A program made the translations under genes and the position numbers. Positions 9,143-19,207 of a DNA stretch of 58,635 bases are shown here, piece after piece. Each line of letters begins with the position of its first letter. Within the stretch, counting starts at the first letter, position 1. The notes below the pieces were generated by a model. It saw only the letters and a list, made by a program, of their open reading frames with translations, searched no databases and was not told where the DNA came from. The DNA is from Opitutia bacterium (GTDB lineage: Bacteria > Verrucomicrobiota > Verrucomicrobiia > Opitutales > T3Sed10-336), in NCBI GenBank assembly GCA_003566375.1, contig PXDN01000313.1:1-58635 (forward strand). Reading direction: 5' to 3'.

Positions 9143-10216
9143 ATGGATGAATTCCGCACGCCCGCCTTGGTGGTTGATCTGGATCGGCTCGAAGCCAACA
9201 TCCGCCGCATGCAGGACCTTTGCGAAAGCGGGGGTCTGGAACTCTGGCCCCACTGCAAGACCCACAAGATGGTCGAGGTGGCGCGCCGCCAGCTGGAAGC
9301 GGGGGCCGCGGGCCTGACCTGCGCCAAGCTTTCCGAAGCCGAATCGATGTTGCCGTCGGGCGTCCGGCAAATCTTTCTGGCCCATTCCCTGGTCGGCCTG
9401 GACAAAGCGCCGCGCCTGCGGGCCATGGCCGCTCAACTGGTGACCCTCGTGGTCGCCTGCACCAGTGAAGATCATTTTCCAGCTCTGGAGGAATTGCTCG
9501 CCGGGGCCGGGCTGCGCCTTCCGGTCATGATGGCGGTGGACAGCGGGCTCGGGAGGGAAGGGGCGCGGGATGCGGAATCGGCCCGTCGTCTCGCCGGATC
9601 GATTCGCGGTTCCCGCCACATGGATTTGTGGGGGATTTACACCCATGAGGGGCACGCCTACGCGGAAAACCCCAAAAATCTGGATACGCTGGCCCGCATG
9701 ATCGCCGAAGGACTGGCATCGCTTCGGGAAAGCATCGGCGGCGATCTCCGGCTGTGGCCCGGCTGCACCGTGACCGCCGGGCGCATGGCCCGTCTGCCGG
9801 GACTGCACGCCCTGCGCCCGGGCGCTTATGTTTTCGGTGATCTCACCCACGCCGTTTCCACGCGGGTGATGGAATGGGATCAGCTGGCTCTGCGGGTCCG
9901 CGCCCAAGTGGTGGACATTCCGGCGGACGATCTGGCTCTGATCGACGCCGGCTCCAAGGTGTTCAGCGGTGACAAAACCGTCACCGGCCTGATCGCCCTC
10001 CCCGCCGACGGCCGGGAAATGCAGGTCACCCGTTGCAGCGAGGAGCACGGGTTTGTCACCGGCAACGGTGTGGCCGATTTAACGGTCGGGCAAATCATTG
10101 ATTGGATTCCCGCCCATGTCTGCCCGGTGGTCAACCTGGCCAACGCGGTGTGGATCGAACGGAACGGGAAGATCACCGACCGCTGGACCGTGGACGCCCG
10201 CGGGTGCGTGACGTGA
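9143..10216 (+). CDS. Fold-type III PLP enzyme, D-threonine aldolase / D-serine dehydratase (DSD1)-like
   Basis: Start at ATG 9143 (MDEFRTPALVVDLDRLEANIRRM). The track start 8855 lies inside the preceding gene. PLP-lysine context WPHCKTHK and C-terminal HVCPVVNL are typical of the alanine-racemase N-domain family. Confidence 0.75.
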   Translation: MDEFRTPALVVDLDRLEANIRRMQDLCESGGLELWPHCKTHKMVEVARRQLEAGAAGLTCAKLSEAESMLPSGVRQIFLAHSLVGLDKAPRLRAMAAQLVTLVVACTSEDHFPALEELLAGAGLRLPVMMAVDSGLGREGARDAESARRLAGSIRGSRHMDLWGIYTHEGHAYAENPKNLDTLARMIAEGLASLRESIGGDLRLWPGCTVTAGRMARLPGLHALRPGAYVFGDLTHAVSTRVMEWDQLALRVRAQVVDIPADDLALIDAGSKVFSGDKTVTGLIALPADGREMQVTRCSEEHGFVTGNGVADLTVGQIIDWIPAHVCPVVNLANAVWIERNGKITDRWTVDARGCVT

Positions 10217-10226
10217 AAAAACAGGG

Positions 10227-11405
10227 TTACCGAATCACCCAGCGGTAAGGATACGACGAAAGCAATTCGCACCCGTCCGGACGCACCCACGCCACGTCCT
10301 CAATGCGCGCGGCTCCCAAGCCGGGGTAATAAAGCCCCGGCTCCACCGTGACCACCTGGCCCGACTTCAATTTACCCGCTCCCTTGGAGAGGCGGGGCGC
10401 CTCGTGCACCTCCATGCCGAGGCCGTGGCCGGTGCCGTGAAAAAAGCCGACCGGGACATCGCCGCCGGTCTTGGTCTCGTAACCGCGGCTGTTGAAGTGA
10501 TCGACCACCCCGTTGTGGATTTTGTTGGCGCTGGCGCCGGCCTTCACCTCCTTCAGCGCGCGGGCCTGCGCCTCCCGCACGGTTTCCACCAGATCGCGTT
10601 GGGCATCGGTCGGTTTGCCTTTCAGGAAAGTGCGGGTCATGTCGCCGTAATACCCGGTGGCGGTCACGCGGGGAAACACATCGACGATGATCAGCTCGTT
10701 TGCCCGCAGCGGCCCGCTGCCGGAGCAATGGGGATCGCAGGCTTGGTCTCCTCCCGCCGCGATGGTGTGCGAGGAAACCGCTCCGGCCCGCAGGCAGGCG
10801 ATTTCGATTTCCTCCTTGAGCCGCTCCGAGGTGAGAGGTTTGCCATCGTAAAGCAATCTTCCGTTGCGAATGGCCGCCGCCCGCAAAACTTTCTCCGCCG
10901 CTCGCAGGCCGGCGGCGCTGCAGCGGTTGCCCTTGCGGATGTGCTCCGCCTCCTCCGCCGATTTGCGTTCCCGTTCGGGAAACAGGCCGCCCTCCGCCAC
11001 CTCGATGACCAGTCTTCGTTTCTCCAGCTGGCGGGCGAGCCCGAGGGGGAACCCCGGCCCGACCCGGAAGCGGGTGATGCCGTGTTCACGTGCCAGCAGG
11101 GCGATGATTTCGGCCATGCCGGGTTTGGACGCGCGATACTGTTTCTTCGCCCGTTCCCGCCACTCGTCCAATGGGAGAACGTCGTCCAGCGCCGATTCTT
11201 TCCGTCCGCGGGCGATTTCCAAGGCATTGAGCACCCCGATTTTTTTCCCGCCAACGGCGAAGGAAACAAACGGGTCCGGCACGAAAAACCGGCTGAACCA
11301 GAGTTGGTCGGCATCGGAATCGGATGCCGCGAAGAGGAGCGGGCATGATTGGGAGGATCGTTTTTTCACCTCCCCATCCAAAAAGGAAGCAATCCCCGGG
11401 GCCAT
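10227..11405 (-). CDS. M24-family Xaa-Pro aminopeptidase/dipeptidase
   Basis: 392 aa. Metal-ligand motifs DVFPRVTATGYYGDMTRT, FFHGTGHGLGMEVHEAP and VVTVEPGLYYPGLGAARIEDV. Confidence 0.88.
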   Translation of the reverse strand: MAPGIASFLDGEVKKRSSQSCPLLFAASDSDADQLWFSRFFVPDPFVSFAVGGKKIGVLNALEIARGRKESALDDVLPLDEWRERAKKQYRASKPGMAEIIALLAREHGITRFRVGPGFPLGLARQLEKRRLVIEVAEGGLFPERERKSAEEAEHIRKGNRCSAAGLRAAEKVLRAAAIRNGRLLYDGKPLTSERLKEEIEIACLRAGAVSSHTIAAGGDQACDPHCSGSGPLRANELIIVDVFPRVTATGYYGDMTRTFLKGKPTDAQRDLVETVREAQARALKEVKAGASANKIHNGVVDHFNSRGYETKTGGDVPVGFFHGTGHGLGMEVHEAPRLSKGAGKLKSGQVVTVEPGLYYPGLGAARIEDVAWVRPDGCELLSSYPYRWVIR

Positions 11406-11430
11406 CCCAAAAAAGCCCGCCGATGGAAGC

Positions 11431-11982
11431 TCAGGTCAGGCCAAGTTTTTTGCGGCCTTCCTCGGAAATCATTTGCGGGGTCCAGACGGGATCCCAGACG
11501 ATTTGCACATCGGCGCCCTCGACTTTGGGCAGCGCGGCGATCCGTTTGCGGGCGTCCTCGGCAATGACGGGGCCCATCCCGCACCCTTGGGCGGTGAGGG
11601 TCATCTTCACTTTAATGAAATGGCTCTCTCCGCGCGGTTCGATTTCCATGTCGTAGATTAAACCCAAATCCACAATGTTGATGGGAATCTCCGGATCGTA
11701 ACATTGCCGCATCGCCTCCCAAACGGCCTCTTTGCTGAATTCGCCGGGGGTGGTGTCGCCTGTTTGGCCTTCCCGGGCCACGGCCTTGGCCGCCTCGTCG
11801 CCGAGCGCGTCCAGATCGCCGCTGTCGATCCGGTAAAGCCCGGAATTGGCCCGCACGGTGACGGAACCGCCCAGCGCCTGGGTCACGAAAACGGGGGTTC
11901 CTTCCTTGAGCACCAGGGTGTCACCGGCTGGAATGAGGGTGGCGGGGCAATCCCGCCGCAAATTGATTTCCTGGTTGAGCAT
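11431..11982 (-). CDS. sufT: Fe-S cluster assembly protein SufT (DUF59/MIP18 family)
   Basis: 183 aa. N-terminal SufT-type domain plus DUF59 core CYDPEIPINIVDLGLIYD...KMTLTAQGCGMGPVI...VQIVWDPVWTPQMISEEGRKKLGL. Confidence 0.8.
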   Translation of the reverse strand: MLNQEINLRRDCPATLIPAGDTLVLKEGTPVFVTQALGGSVTVRANSGLYRIDSGDLDALGDEAAKAVAREGQTGDTTPGEFSKEAVWEAMRQCYDPEIPINIVDLGLIYDMEIEPRGESHFIKVKMTLTAQGCGMGPVIAEDARKRIAALPKVEGADVQIVWDPVWTPQMISEEGRKKLGLT

Positions 11983-12002
11983 AAGATTTCGTCGTGAACT
12001 GG

Positions 12003-12042
12003 TTTGAAAACAAGACGGGCGCGCGGCGGTTGCCGCGCGCCC
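12003..12042 (-). terminator. GC-rich hairpin (terminator/attenuator) between korB and sufT
   Basis: On the minus strand: GGGCGCGCGGC-AACC-GCCGCGCGCCC followed by GTCTTGTTTTC. It sits about 20 nt before the sufT start, so termination may be partial. Confidence 0.5.
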
Positions 12043-12060
12043 GGATGAAAAACGGGTGAA

Positions 12061-13119
12061 TTACCGGATGACCCAGGTGGAGTCTCCTTCGATCAATTTA
12101 TCGAGATTTCCCTCGCCGAACTTTTCGCGGGCGTAAGTCAGCTGACGGTGCACCATCGCCTCCAGGCAGGGCCGCTCCACGGCGTAGAAAACCCCAATCG
12201 GGCGCGGCAGAGCCCCGGGTTCGGTCGGGTTGTCGAAAAAGCGGGCCAGCAGGCTGGCTTTGAAGAGGTCCTTTTCGTCGTGTATCCACAAGTCGGATTC
12301 GGCATAACCGTCCGCGTCGAGATCGACGATTTTAGGCGTGCCCCCGCCGTCCATGCGGATGCCCTTGCGGCGCTCGGCCCCGAAGAGCAACGGCTGCCCG
12401 TGTTCCAGCACCACCACCGAGTCGGACTTGGTCGCGCGGTCGGTGAAGGTGAAAAAGGCTCCGTCATTGAACACGTTGCAATTCTGGTAAACCTCCAGCA
12501 GGGAGGTTCCCTTGTGCGCGTGGGAGCGGCGGATCATGGCCTGCAGGTGGGCCGGGTCGCGGTCGATGGAGCGGGCGATGAAAGAGGCGTCCGCCCCGAG
12601 GGCGAGGGCCAGCGGGTTGAACGGGTGCTCGACCGATCCCATGGGACTTGACTTGGTGACCTTGCCCTGGGGCGAGGTCGGTGAAAACTGTCCTTTGGTC
12701 AAACCGTAGATCTGGTTGTTAAAAATCAGCAGATTCAGGTCCGGGTTTTTACGGAGCAGATGGATGGTGTGGTTCCCCCCGATGGAGAGGGAATCGCCGT
12801 CTCCCGAGATGACCCACACGCTCAATTCCGGCCGGGTGATTTTCAACCCGGTGGCGATGGCGGCGGCGCGGCCGTGGATCGAGTGCATCCCGTAGGTGTT
12901 CATGTAATACGGGAACCGCGAGGAACAGCCGATGCCGGAGACGAAAACGATCTCCTCCTTTTTGAGCCCGAACTCGGGCAGCACTTTCTGGACTTGCTTG
13001 AGGATTGAATAATCCCCGCAGCCTGGACACCAGCGGACATCCTGGTCGGTGACCAAATCCTGGCTGGTGAAGGAAGGCGGGAGATCGTCTTGCCGTGGGA
13101 GAGTGTCTGTTTGTGACAT
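12061..13119 (-). CDS. korB: 2-oxoglutarate/2-oxoacid:ferredoxin oxidoreductase, beta subunit
   Basis: 352 aa. Motif RWCPGCGDYSILKQVQKVL and TPP-binding VSGIGCSSRFPYYMNTYGMHSIHGRAAAIATG...ISGDGDSLSIGGNH. Confidence 0.9.
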   Translation of the reverse strand: MSQTDTLPRQDDLPPSFTSQDLVTDQDVRWCPGCGDYSILKQVQKVLPEFGLKKEEIVFVSGIGCSSRFPYYMNTYGMHSIHGRAAAIATGLKITRPELSVWVISGDGDSLSIGGNHTIHLLRKNPDLNLLIFNNQIYGLTKGQFSPTSPQGKVTKSSPMGSVEHPFNPLALALGADASFIARSIDRDPAHLQAMIRRSHAHKGTSLLEVYQNCNVFNDGAFFTFTDRATKSDSVVVLEHGQPLLFGAERRKGIRMDGGGTPKIVDLDADGYAESDLWIHDEKDLFKASLLARFFDNPTEPGALPRPIGVFYAVERPCLEAMVHRQLTYAREKFGEGNLDKLIEGDSTWVIR

Positions 13120-13150
13120 GGAAAGGTGTTGCTGAAAATGAACGTTCGGT

Positions 13151-15001
13151 TCAGGACTCCTTCAGGATTTCCCAAACCTTGTTTTTGATTTCGCCGACGG
13201 TGAACGGCTGCCCTTTGATTTTGTTGTGCGGAATGGCCGGGATGAGGAATTTGTCGCGGATCAGGCGCACCAGCTGGCCGGCGTTGTTTTCCGGAACAAC
13301 CACTTCGCGGTAACGCCTGAGCAACTCTTCGATGTTGGCCGGGAAGGGATTCAAATAACGCATGTGGGCATGGGCGACATCGACCCCCTCGCTGCGCAAT
13401 TGCTTAAGGGCGGTCTTGATGACCCCGTAAGTGGAACCCCATGACAACACCAGCAAATCCCCGCTTTCGGGACCGGAATCGAGTGACTGGGCCGGAACCG
13501 ATTTCGCGATGTTGTCGATCTTTTGCTGCCGGAGGCGGACCATTTTTTCGTGGTTGTCCGGGTCGGACGAGATGTTGCCGGTAAGATCCTCCTTTTCCAA
13601 TCCGCCGATGCGGTGCTCCAACCCGGGAGTGCCCGGGACCGCCCATTTGCGGACCAGCCGCTCGTCGCGGGCGTAGGGAAGGAAAGTGCCGTTTTGCTTG
13701 TCATCCGGGGTTGCGAAACGGACGTTGATTTCGCCCAGGTCGGCTTCTTTGGGAAAACGCCATGGTTCGGCGCCGTTGGCGAGATAACCATCGCTGAGGA
13801 AGAAAACCGGGGTCATGAACTCGACCGCGAGACGGCACGCTTCGAAGACAACTTCAAAACAATCGGTCGGTGTGGAAGCGGCCACGACCGCAACCGGCGC
13901 CTCACCGTTGCGGCCGTAGATGGCCTGCAGCAGGTCGCCCTGTTCCATTTTGGTCGGCATGCCGGTGGAGGGGCCCGCGCGTTGCACGTTGCAGATCACC
14001 AGCGGCAGCTCGTACATCACGGCCAGGGCGATGGCCTCGGTCTTCAAGGCGATGCCGGGGCCGGCGGAGGCGGTCACCCCGAGACTGCCGCCGAAGGAAG
14101 CCCCGATGGCCGAGGTCACGGCGGCGATTTCATCCTCCGCCTGGGAGGTGATGACCCCGAAATTTTTGTATCGGGAAAGCTCGTGCAAAATCTCCGAGGC
14201 CGGCGTGATCGGATAGGTCGCGAAAAAGAGCGGGAGTTTCGATTTCACCGAGGCCGCCACCAACCCGTAGGCGGTGGCTTGGTTGCCCATGATGCTCCGG
14301 TAGGTTCCCGGCTTCATGGTGGCCGCTTTCACCTCGAAACGGCCGTGCTGGATCTCGGTCGTGTCGGCGAAGGAATAACCGGCTTTCAGCACGCGGACGT
14401 TGGCCTCGGCGATCCCCGGCTTTTTGGCGAATTTTTTTTGCAAATCCTCGATGGTCGCCTCCAGCGGCCGGTTGTACATGTAATAAAGGAACCCGAGGAC
14501 AAACATGTTTTTGGACCGGTCCATCTCCCGCGGCGAAAGGCCCAGATCCTTGAGGGCGGTGCGGGTCAGCTTGGTGATCGGCATGGAATGGAGGAGATAA
14601 TCCTCCAGCCGCTTGTCGTTGAGCGGGTTTTCCCCCTCGGCGTATTTGGCCAGCCGCAGGTTTTTTTCGTCAAACCCGTCCAGGTTGGCAATGATGATGC
14701 CGCCCGGTTTGAGCTGCTTGAGATTGGCCTTGAGGGCGGCCGCGTTCATCACCACCAGCACGTCGCACAGGTCGCCCGGGCTGTAAATCTCGGTGCTGCC
14801 GAAGTGGAGTTGAAATCCGGAAACGCCGGCCAAGGTTCCGGCCGGCGCGCGAATCTCGGCCGGGAAATCCGGAAACGTGGCAAGATCGTTGCCGGAAAGG
14901 GCCGCCGCCGTGGTAAACTGGCTGCCGGTCAATTGGATGCCGTCACCGGAATCCCCGGCAAATCGGATCACGACATTGGTTTTGGTCTGGATATTGGACA
15001 T
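13151..15001 (-). CDS. korA: 2-oxoglutarate/2-oxoacid:ferredoxin oxidoreductase, alpha subunit (fused gamma-alpha type)
   Basis: 616 aa. N-terminal IRFAGDSGDGIQLTG (gamma-like) followed by the alpha core (GNQATAYGLVAA...YPITPASEILHEL). It lies immediately upstream of korB with a 31-nt gap. Confidence 0.9.
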   Translation of the reverse strand: MSNIQTKTNVVIRFAGDSGDGIQLTGSQFTTAAALSGNDLATFPDFPAEIRAPAGTLAGVSGFQLHFGSTEIYSPGDLCDVLVVMNAAALKANLKQLKPGGIIIANLDGFDEKNLRLAKYAEGENPLNDKRLEDYLLHSMPITKLTRTALKDLGLSPREMDRSKNMFVLGFLYYMYNRPLEATIEDLQKKFAKKPGIAEANVRVLKAGYSFADTTEIQHGRFEVKAATMKPGTYRSIMGNQATAYGLVAASVKSKLPLFFATYPITPASEILHELSRYKNFGVITSQAEDEIAAVTSAIGASFGGSLGVTASAGPGIALKTEAIALAVMYELPLVICNVQRAGPSTGMPTKMEQGDLLQAIYGRNGEAPVAVVAASTPTDCFEVVFEACRLAVEFMTPVFFLSDGYLANGAEPWRFPKEADLGEINVRFATPDDKQNGTFLPYARDERLVRKWAVPGTPGLEHRIGGLEKEDLTGNISSDPDNHEKMVRLRQQKIDNIAKSVPAQSLDSGPESGDLLVLSWGSTYGVIKTALKQLRSEGVDVAHAHMRYLNPFPANIEELLRRYREVVVPENNAGQLVRLIRDKFLIPAIPHNKIKGQPFTVGEIKNKVWEILKES

Positions 15002-15211
15002 GCTGCTGCTGAAACGCTGGTGAGACGGCCGAACCGGCTATCGCGCGTGAATGACTCCTAAAAAGCAACTAAGTTGCAGAACCTTTTTCCCAAACGCAAT
15101 CCGTTTCCCCCTTCGATTAATCCGGGTTTCTGATTCGGTTTTGAAAATGGTCGGAATCCGCCGTGGACAACGGGCGGGACGCGGCCAAAGGTCCGGTCAA
15201 AATGTTTGGAA

Positions 15212-16189
15212 TCAGCTTTGCCGGAGGCGAAGGTGTCGACGCGCTCCAAGAAGGCCAACGCACAGAAGCCCAAACAAAAAGGCGTAGGTCGAAGGCTCGG
15301 GGATAAATCCGGTGACCAGCACCACTTGGTTGCCTCCGCCGAAGGTTGAAAATAGAAAATCGCCCGTAACCGGATCCACCGTGGCTCCTTCGGCCCCGCT
15401 CAGGCCGGTGACGAAGGGGCGGGCGGTTGCGGGAATGGGCAAGCCGTTGGCATCGGTTTCATAAGCCACAATGGAACCGGCTGAATATGCGGACACCAAC
15501 ATGGAGGGGTTCGGAAAAAGTTCCGACCCTTGGGGAACATGGGTGATCCCCTCGGGACCGCCGGTGATGGACACGCTGTTGGTCACGTTGCCAAAAACGT
15601 ATATGCCGTCCACTTCACTGTAGGGCAGGGTGTGAAGGGTGCTGGAATTATAGGAAGCCACCACCAAATTCCCCGCCCCGGAAAATCCAGAGGGAACAAA
15701 ATTCAAACTGCCGACCGAACTGGGAACCCCCAGGGCAAGCAACCCTTGGGTGTCATTCATGGTATTGCTTCCCGGCAGAATTTGGCCGATTGCGTTGGTT
15801 GAGTAACGCGTGAAGAGGAGGTTGCCGTTGGGGCCGAAAACCAAGCCACCATCGATATTGGGAGCGGAAGCAAAAAGCTGGGCATCCCCGAACCCGATGA
15901 TGCGGTTCTCTTCATTGCGCTGCAAAGGAACGCGGTAAACCGCGCCGGAAGCGGTGTTGGCCGCTCCGCCAATAAACAGGTAGTCGGAATCCTCCCCGTT
16001 GATAGTTAAGCCGCCGTAATTGATGGGCACTCCCGAAATGCTGCCCAACCCGATGGCAGTGTAATTATTTTCAAATTCGGAAGCAACTTGGAAACCCCGC
16101 GCCACGGCAATCGGCAGCAGAAACAGTCCTGTGATTATCAGGATTTTTTCGGTTAGACGACAAGGGCGGTTGGTTTTAGGTGAATTCAT
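15212..16189 (-). CDS. PEP-CTERM-anchored secreted protein, probable beta-propeller
   Basis: 325 aa. N-terminal anchor/signal, G/N/S-rich blade-like repeats, and C-terminal IPEP-STYAFLFGLLCVGLLGA-RRHLRLRQS. Confidence 0.7.
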   Translation of the reverse strand: MNSPKTNRPCRLTEKILIITGLFLLPIAVARGFQVASEFENNYTAIGLGSISGVPINYGGLTINGEDSDYLFIGGAANTASGAVYRVPLQRNEENRIIGFGDAQLFASAPNIDGGLVFGPNGNLLFTRYSTNAIGQILPGSNTMNDTQGLLALGVPSSVGSLNFVPSGFSGAGNLVVASYNSSTLHTLPYSEVDGIYVFGNVTNSVSITGGPEGITHVPQGSELFPNPSMLVSAYSAGSIVAYETDANGLPIPATARPFVTGLSGAEGATVDPVTGDFLFSTFGGGNQVVLVTGFIPEPSTYAFLFGLLCVGLLGARRHLRLRQS

Positions 16190-16396
16190 TGATAATCAGA
16201 TTGGGTGTATTGAATTTTCAGACTTAAGTTTGGCTTTATGTAAGCGGTGGCAAGTTTTTTTTCAGCCCAAAACGGGCTTGAATCCAAAGTGATGCAGAGC
16301 TGTAAGACGGATGGTGACTGCCCGGAGGGACACATCTTTCCCCTTTCTCCTTCCGCGTTCCAAACGATTGATGAAAGCCGATGGGGACAGGTCGGT

Positions 16397-17776
16397 TCAA
16401 AATCCGGCAATCATTTTCCGAACCAGCTGAAAAATTTGATTACCCAAAATAACGGTGATGGCGGCTGGGGCCACGTACCGGATGAGCACGCTCCAGACCT
16501 TGGCCAAACGGAAACCGGGCGTCCCTTCCCGGATCTCCGCCAAGGCGTGCCCCAGTCCCCAGCCCCAGCCGACAAACAACGCCAGCCCGAGACCGCCGAT
16601 CACCAGGGTGTAGTTGGCAATGCCGTCCATGATCCCGAGAAAACCGCTTAGTGCGGGCACCGCCCCCAGGCTGAGGGCGGAGGGAATGCCGATCACATAG
16701 ATAACGCCGCCGAGAATCCACGCGGATTTGCGCCGGTTCCATTTCCAATCATCGACCATGTGGGCCACCACGACCTCCAGCAGGCTGATGGCGGAGGTCA
16801 GCGCGGCCACGCCGAGCAACACAAAGAAGGCCACTCCGAACAACATGCCGCCGTAAGGCGCCCATGGCATTTGCGCGAAAATTTGCGGCAGGGTGATGAA
16901 GACCAGGGCCGGGCCGCCTCCTCCCGGGGTCATGCCGGCGAAAAAGATGGCTGGAAAAATAATCAGTCCCGCGAGGATGGCGATGAGGGTGTCGGCCCCG
17001 GCCACGCAGGCGGCGGAAACGGGCAGGTTTTCCTGTTTGTTCAGGTAGGAGCCGTAGGTGATCATCGCTCCCATGCCGAGACTCAGGGAGAAAAAGGCCT
17101 GTCCGATGGCCATGACCCAAATTCCACCGGTGATTTGGGAGAAATCCGGTTTCAGATAAAACGCGATCCCCTCGGCCGCCCCGGGCAAGGTGAGCGCCCG
17201 CAGCATCAGGACCACCAGCAGCACGAAAAAGAGCGGCATGAGAATTTTCACGGTCCGCTCGATCCCTTTGCGAACCCCCGCCGCCACCACCACGATGGTC
17301 AAAATCATGAACACGGCGTGGAACAGCAACTCGATGCCCCCGCTGGCGGCCATGTTTTCGAACAGGGCCTCCGTGTCGGTGTCCGGCTGGAAGGTGCCCC
17401 GCGCGGCCTCAATCACATAATAAATCGTCCAGCCGGCGATCACACTGTAAAACGAGAGAATGATCACCCCGGTAAGCACCCCGAGGGCGCCGAACAAAAA
17501 CCACGGCGATTTTGGCTTCAGGTGACGCATCGCGCCGACCGGATTTTTCTCCCCGGCCCGGCCCACCACCATCTCCGCCAACATCACCGGCAGCGCCACC
17601 ACCGCCACGCAAAAAAGGTATATCAACAAAAACGCGCCGCCGCCGCCCTCGCTGACGGAGACCGGAAACCGCCAAATGTTGCCCAGCCCGATGGCCGAGC
17701 CGGCGGCGGCGAGCACAAATGCGAAGCGGGAACCCCAGTTGCCGCGTCCGTTGTTTGGTATGGGAGCGTTCGTCAT
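16397..17776 (-). CDS. Neurotransmitter:sodium symporter (NSS/SNF) family transporter
   Basis: Start set at ATG 17776 (MTNAPIPNNGRGNWGSRFAFVLAAAGSAIGLGNIWRFP), which carries the hallmark NSS TM1 motif. The protein is multi-TM throughout. Confidence 0.88.
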   Translation of the reverse strand: MTNAPIPNNGRGNWGSRFAFVLAAAGSAIGLGNIWRFPVSVSEGGGGAFLLIYLFCVAVVALPVMLAEMVVGRAGEKNPVGAMRHLKPKSPWFLFGALGVLTGVIILSFYSVIAGWTIYYVIEAARGTFQPDTDTEALFENMAASGGIELLFHAVFMILTIVVVAAGVRKGIERTVKILMPLFFVLLVVLMLRALTLPGAAEGIAFYLKPDFSQITGGIWVMAIGQAFFSLSLGMGAMITYGSYLNKQENLPVSAACVAGADTLIAILAGLIIFPAIFFAGMTPGGGGPALVFITLPQIFAQMPWAPYGGMLFGVAFFVLLGVAALTSAISLLEVVVAHMVDDWKWNRRKSAWILGGVIYVIGIPSALSLGAVPALSGFLGIMDGIANYTLVIGGLGLALFVGWGWGLGHALAEIREGTPGFRLAKVWSVLIRYVAPAAITVILGNQIFQLVRKMIAGF

Positions 17777-18149
17777 GTTTGAAACCAAGGAATCAAGACC
17801 GCTGGAACGGCGCGGGCCGCGCACGGGAGCGGAAGGCACGAGCATGTTTGCGGACGACGGACGGGCAAGTGAAAATAACCGCGGGAACCGGCGTTATCAC
17901 CGGGCGGAGCCTTCGATTCCGAGTGGAGCCGCCTCCGGGCGACCTGCTTGGCGGGGAGTTTCTATCCAGTCCGCGCGGATTGGGCCTGGGGGGATTTGCG
18001 CAAACGGTTGACCGCGCGGCCCGCATGGGTAAATACTCTACCATGATCCGGAAACAGGCAGTCTGTTCAACCGGGGAAACCGGGTTCGGTTTCCCTCTTA
18101 TCACGCGCGCGAACCGCACGGTCGCGGTCGCGATCCGTTCGCTGGCCGG

Positions 18150-19178
18150 ATGATTGCGCCGACAATTGACCCGGATATTCGGGCAACCCATTCCATGAAC
18201 GCCACGCGTAACAAATTGTATCTCCACCAAACCGACGGCAACGATGAGCCCGGGTTGAAGCGCGATTACGAGGAGGAATTCACCGTCTCGCCCGACTACC
18301 GGGAAACGTTGCCCGACATGCAAAATGCCGCCGCTTCCGCCATCCAGGGCGCCCGAGTCGGCATCCAGCAAGTCGGCATTTCCAATTTTCGCCTGCCTTT
18401 GAAACACGCGGTGGAGGGAGGGGAGCCGATGATGCTGGAGACCAAGGTGACCGGCACCGTTTCCCTCGCCGCCGAGCACAAGGGAATCAACATGTCGCGC
18501 ATCATGCGCAGTTTCTATGACCACAAGGAGGAAACCTTCGGCCCGGAGCTGTTGCGGCGTATTTTGCGGTATTACAAGACCACCCTCAACAGCTTCGAAG
18601 CGCGGGTTAAACTGCGCTTTTCTTACCCGATGCAACGGGAAAGCCTCCGCAGCGGGTTGAGTGGCTGGCAGTATTACGATTGCGCCTACGAAGCGACCAT
18701 CGACGGGGAGGACCGGCTTCGCTCCTTCATCTATTTTGATTTCATCTACTCCTCCGCCTGTCCCTGTTCGGCGGAATTGGCCGAGCACGCCCGCGACATG
18801 CGGAATGTTTACGCCATTCCGCATTCGCAGCGGAGCAAAGCCCGCCTGGTGGTTGAGGTGGCGGAGGGCGCGTCCGTGACCATTGAGGATTTGCACCGCC
18901 ACTGCCTGAAAGCCCTGCGGACGGAAACCCAGGTGATGGTCAAGCGCGAGGATGAGCAGGCTTTTGCCGAACTCAACGGCGCCTCCATGAAATTCGTCGA
19001 GGACGCCGCCCGCCTGCTTTACCAGGAACTCGACCAAGACGGCCGCATCGCCGATTTCGAGATCGCCTGCGCCCACTTGGAGTCGTTGCACTCGCACGAC
19101 GCCATCTCGGTCATCGCCAAAGGCGTTCCCGGCGGCTTCACCGCCAATTTCGATGATTTCGAGAGCCTGATCTGCTGA
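18150..19178 (+). CDS. folE2: GTP cyclohydrolase IB (FolE2/MptA type)
   Basis: Motifs [35 protein letters not shown]...IPHSQRS. Alternative start at ATG 18195. Antisense ORF 17793..19097 is rejected. Confidence 0.85.
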   Translation: MIAPTIDPDIRATHSMNATRNKLYLHQTDGNDEPGLKRDYEEEFTVSPDYRETLPDMQNAAASAIQGARVGIQQVGISNFRLPLKHAVEGGEPMMLETKVTGTVSLAAEHKGINMSRIMRSFYDHKEETFGPELLRRILRYYKTTLNSFEARVKLRFSYPMQRESLRSGLSGWQYYDCAYEATIDGEDRLRSFIYFDFIYSSACPCSAELAEHARDMRNVYAIPHSQRSKARLVVEVAEGASVTIEDLHRHCLKALRTETQVMVKREDEQAFAELNGASMKFVEDAARLLYQELDQDGRIADFEIACAHLESLHSHDAISVIAKGVPGGFTANFDDFESLIC

Positions 19179-19207
19179 CCGCCCTGGCGGCCGGCGTTTC
19201 CACCGTG

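Noticed and set aside
13523-15061. Long antisense or alternative-frame ORFs opposite well-supported genes. Examples: 13523..15061 +, 7699..9048 -, 8933..10048 -, 10404..11348 +, 16760..17782 +, 17793..19097 -, 27643..28941 +, 29783..30574 -, 55066..56136 -
   Set aside because: These are typical high-GC shadow ORFs. Their translations are Arg/Gly/Pro/Ala-rich with no recognisable motifs, while the opposite strand encodes proteins with clear family signatures (korA, MBL hydrolase, M24 peptidase, NSS, folE2, SDR, EEP, ROK).
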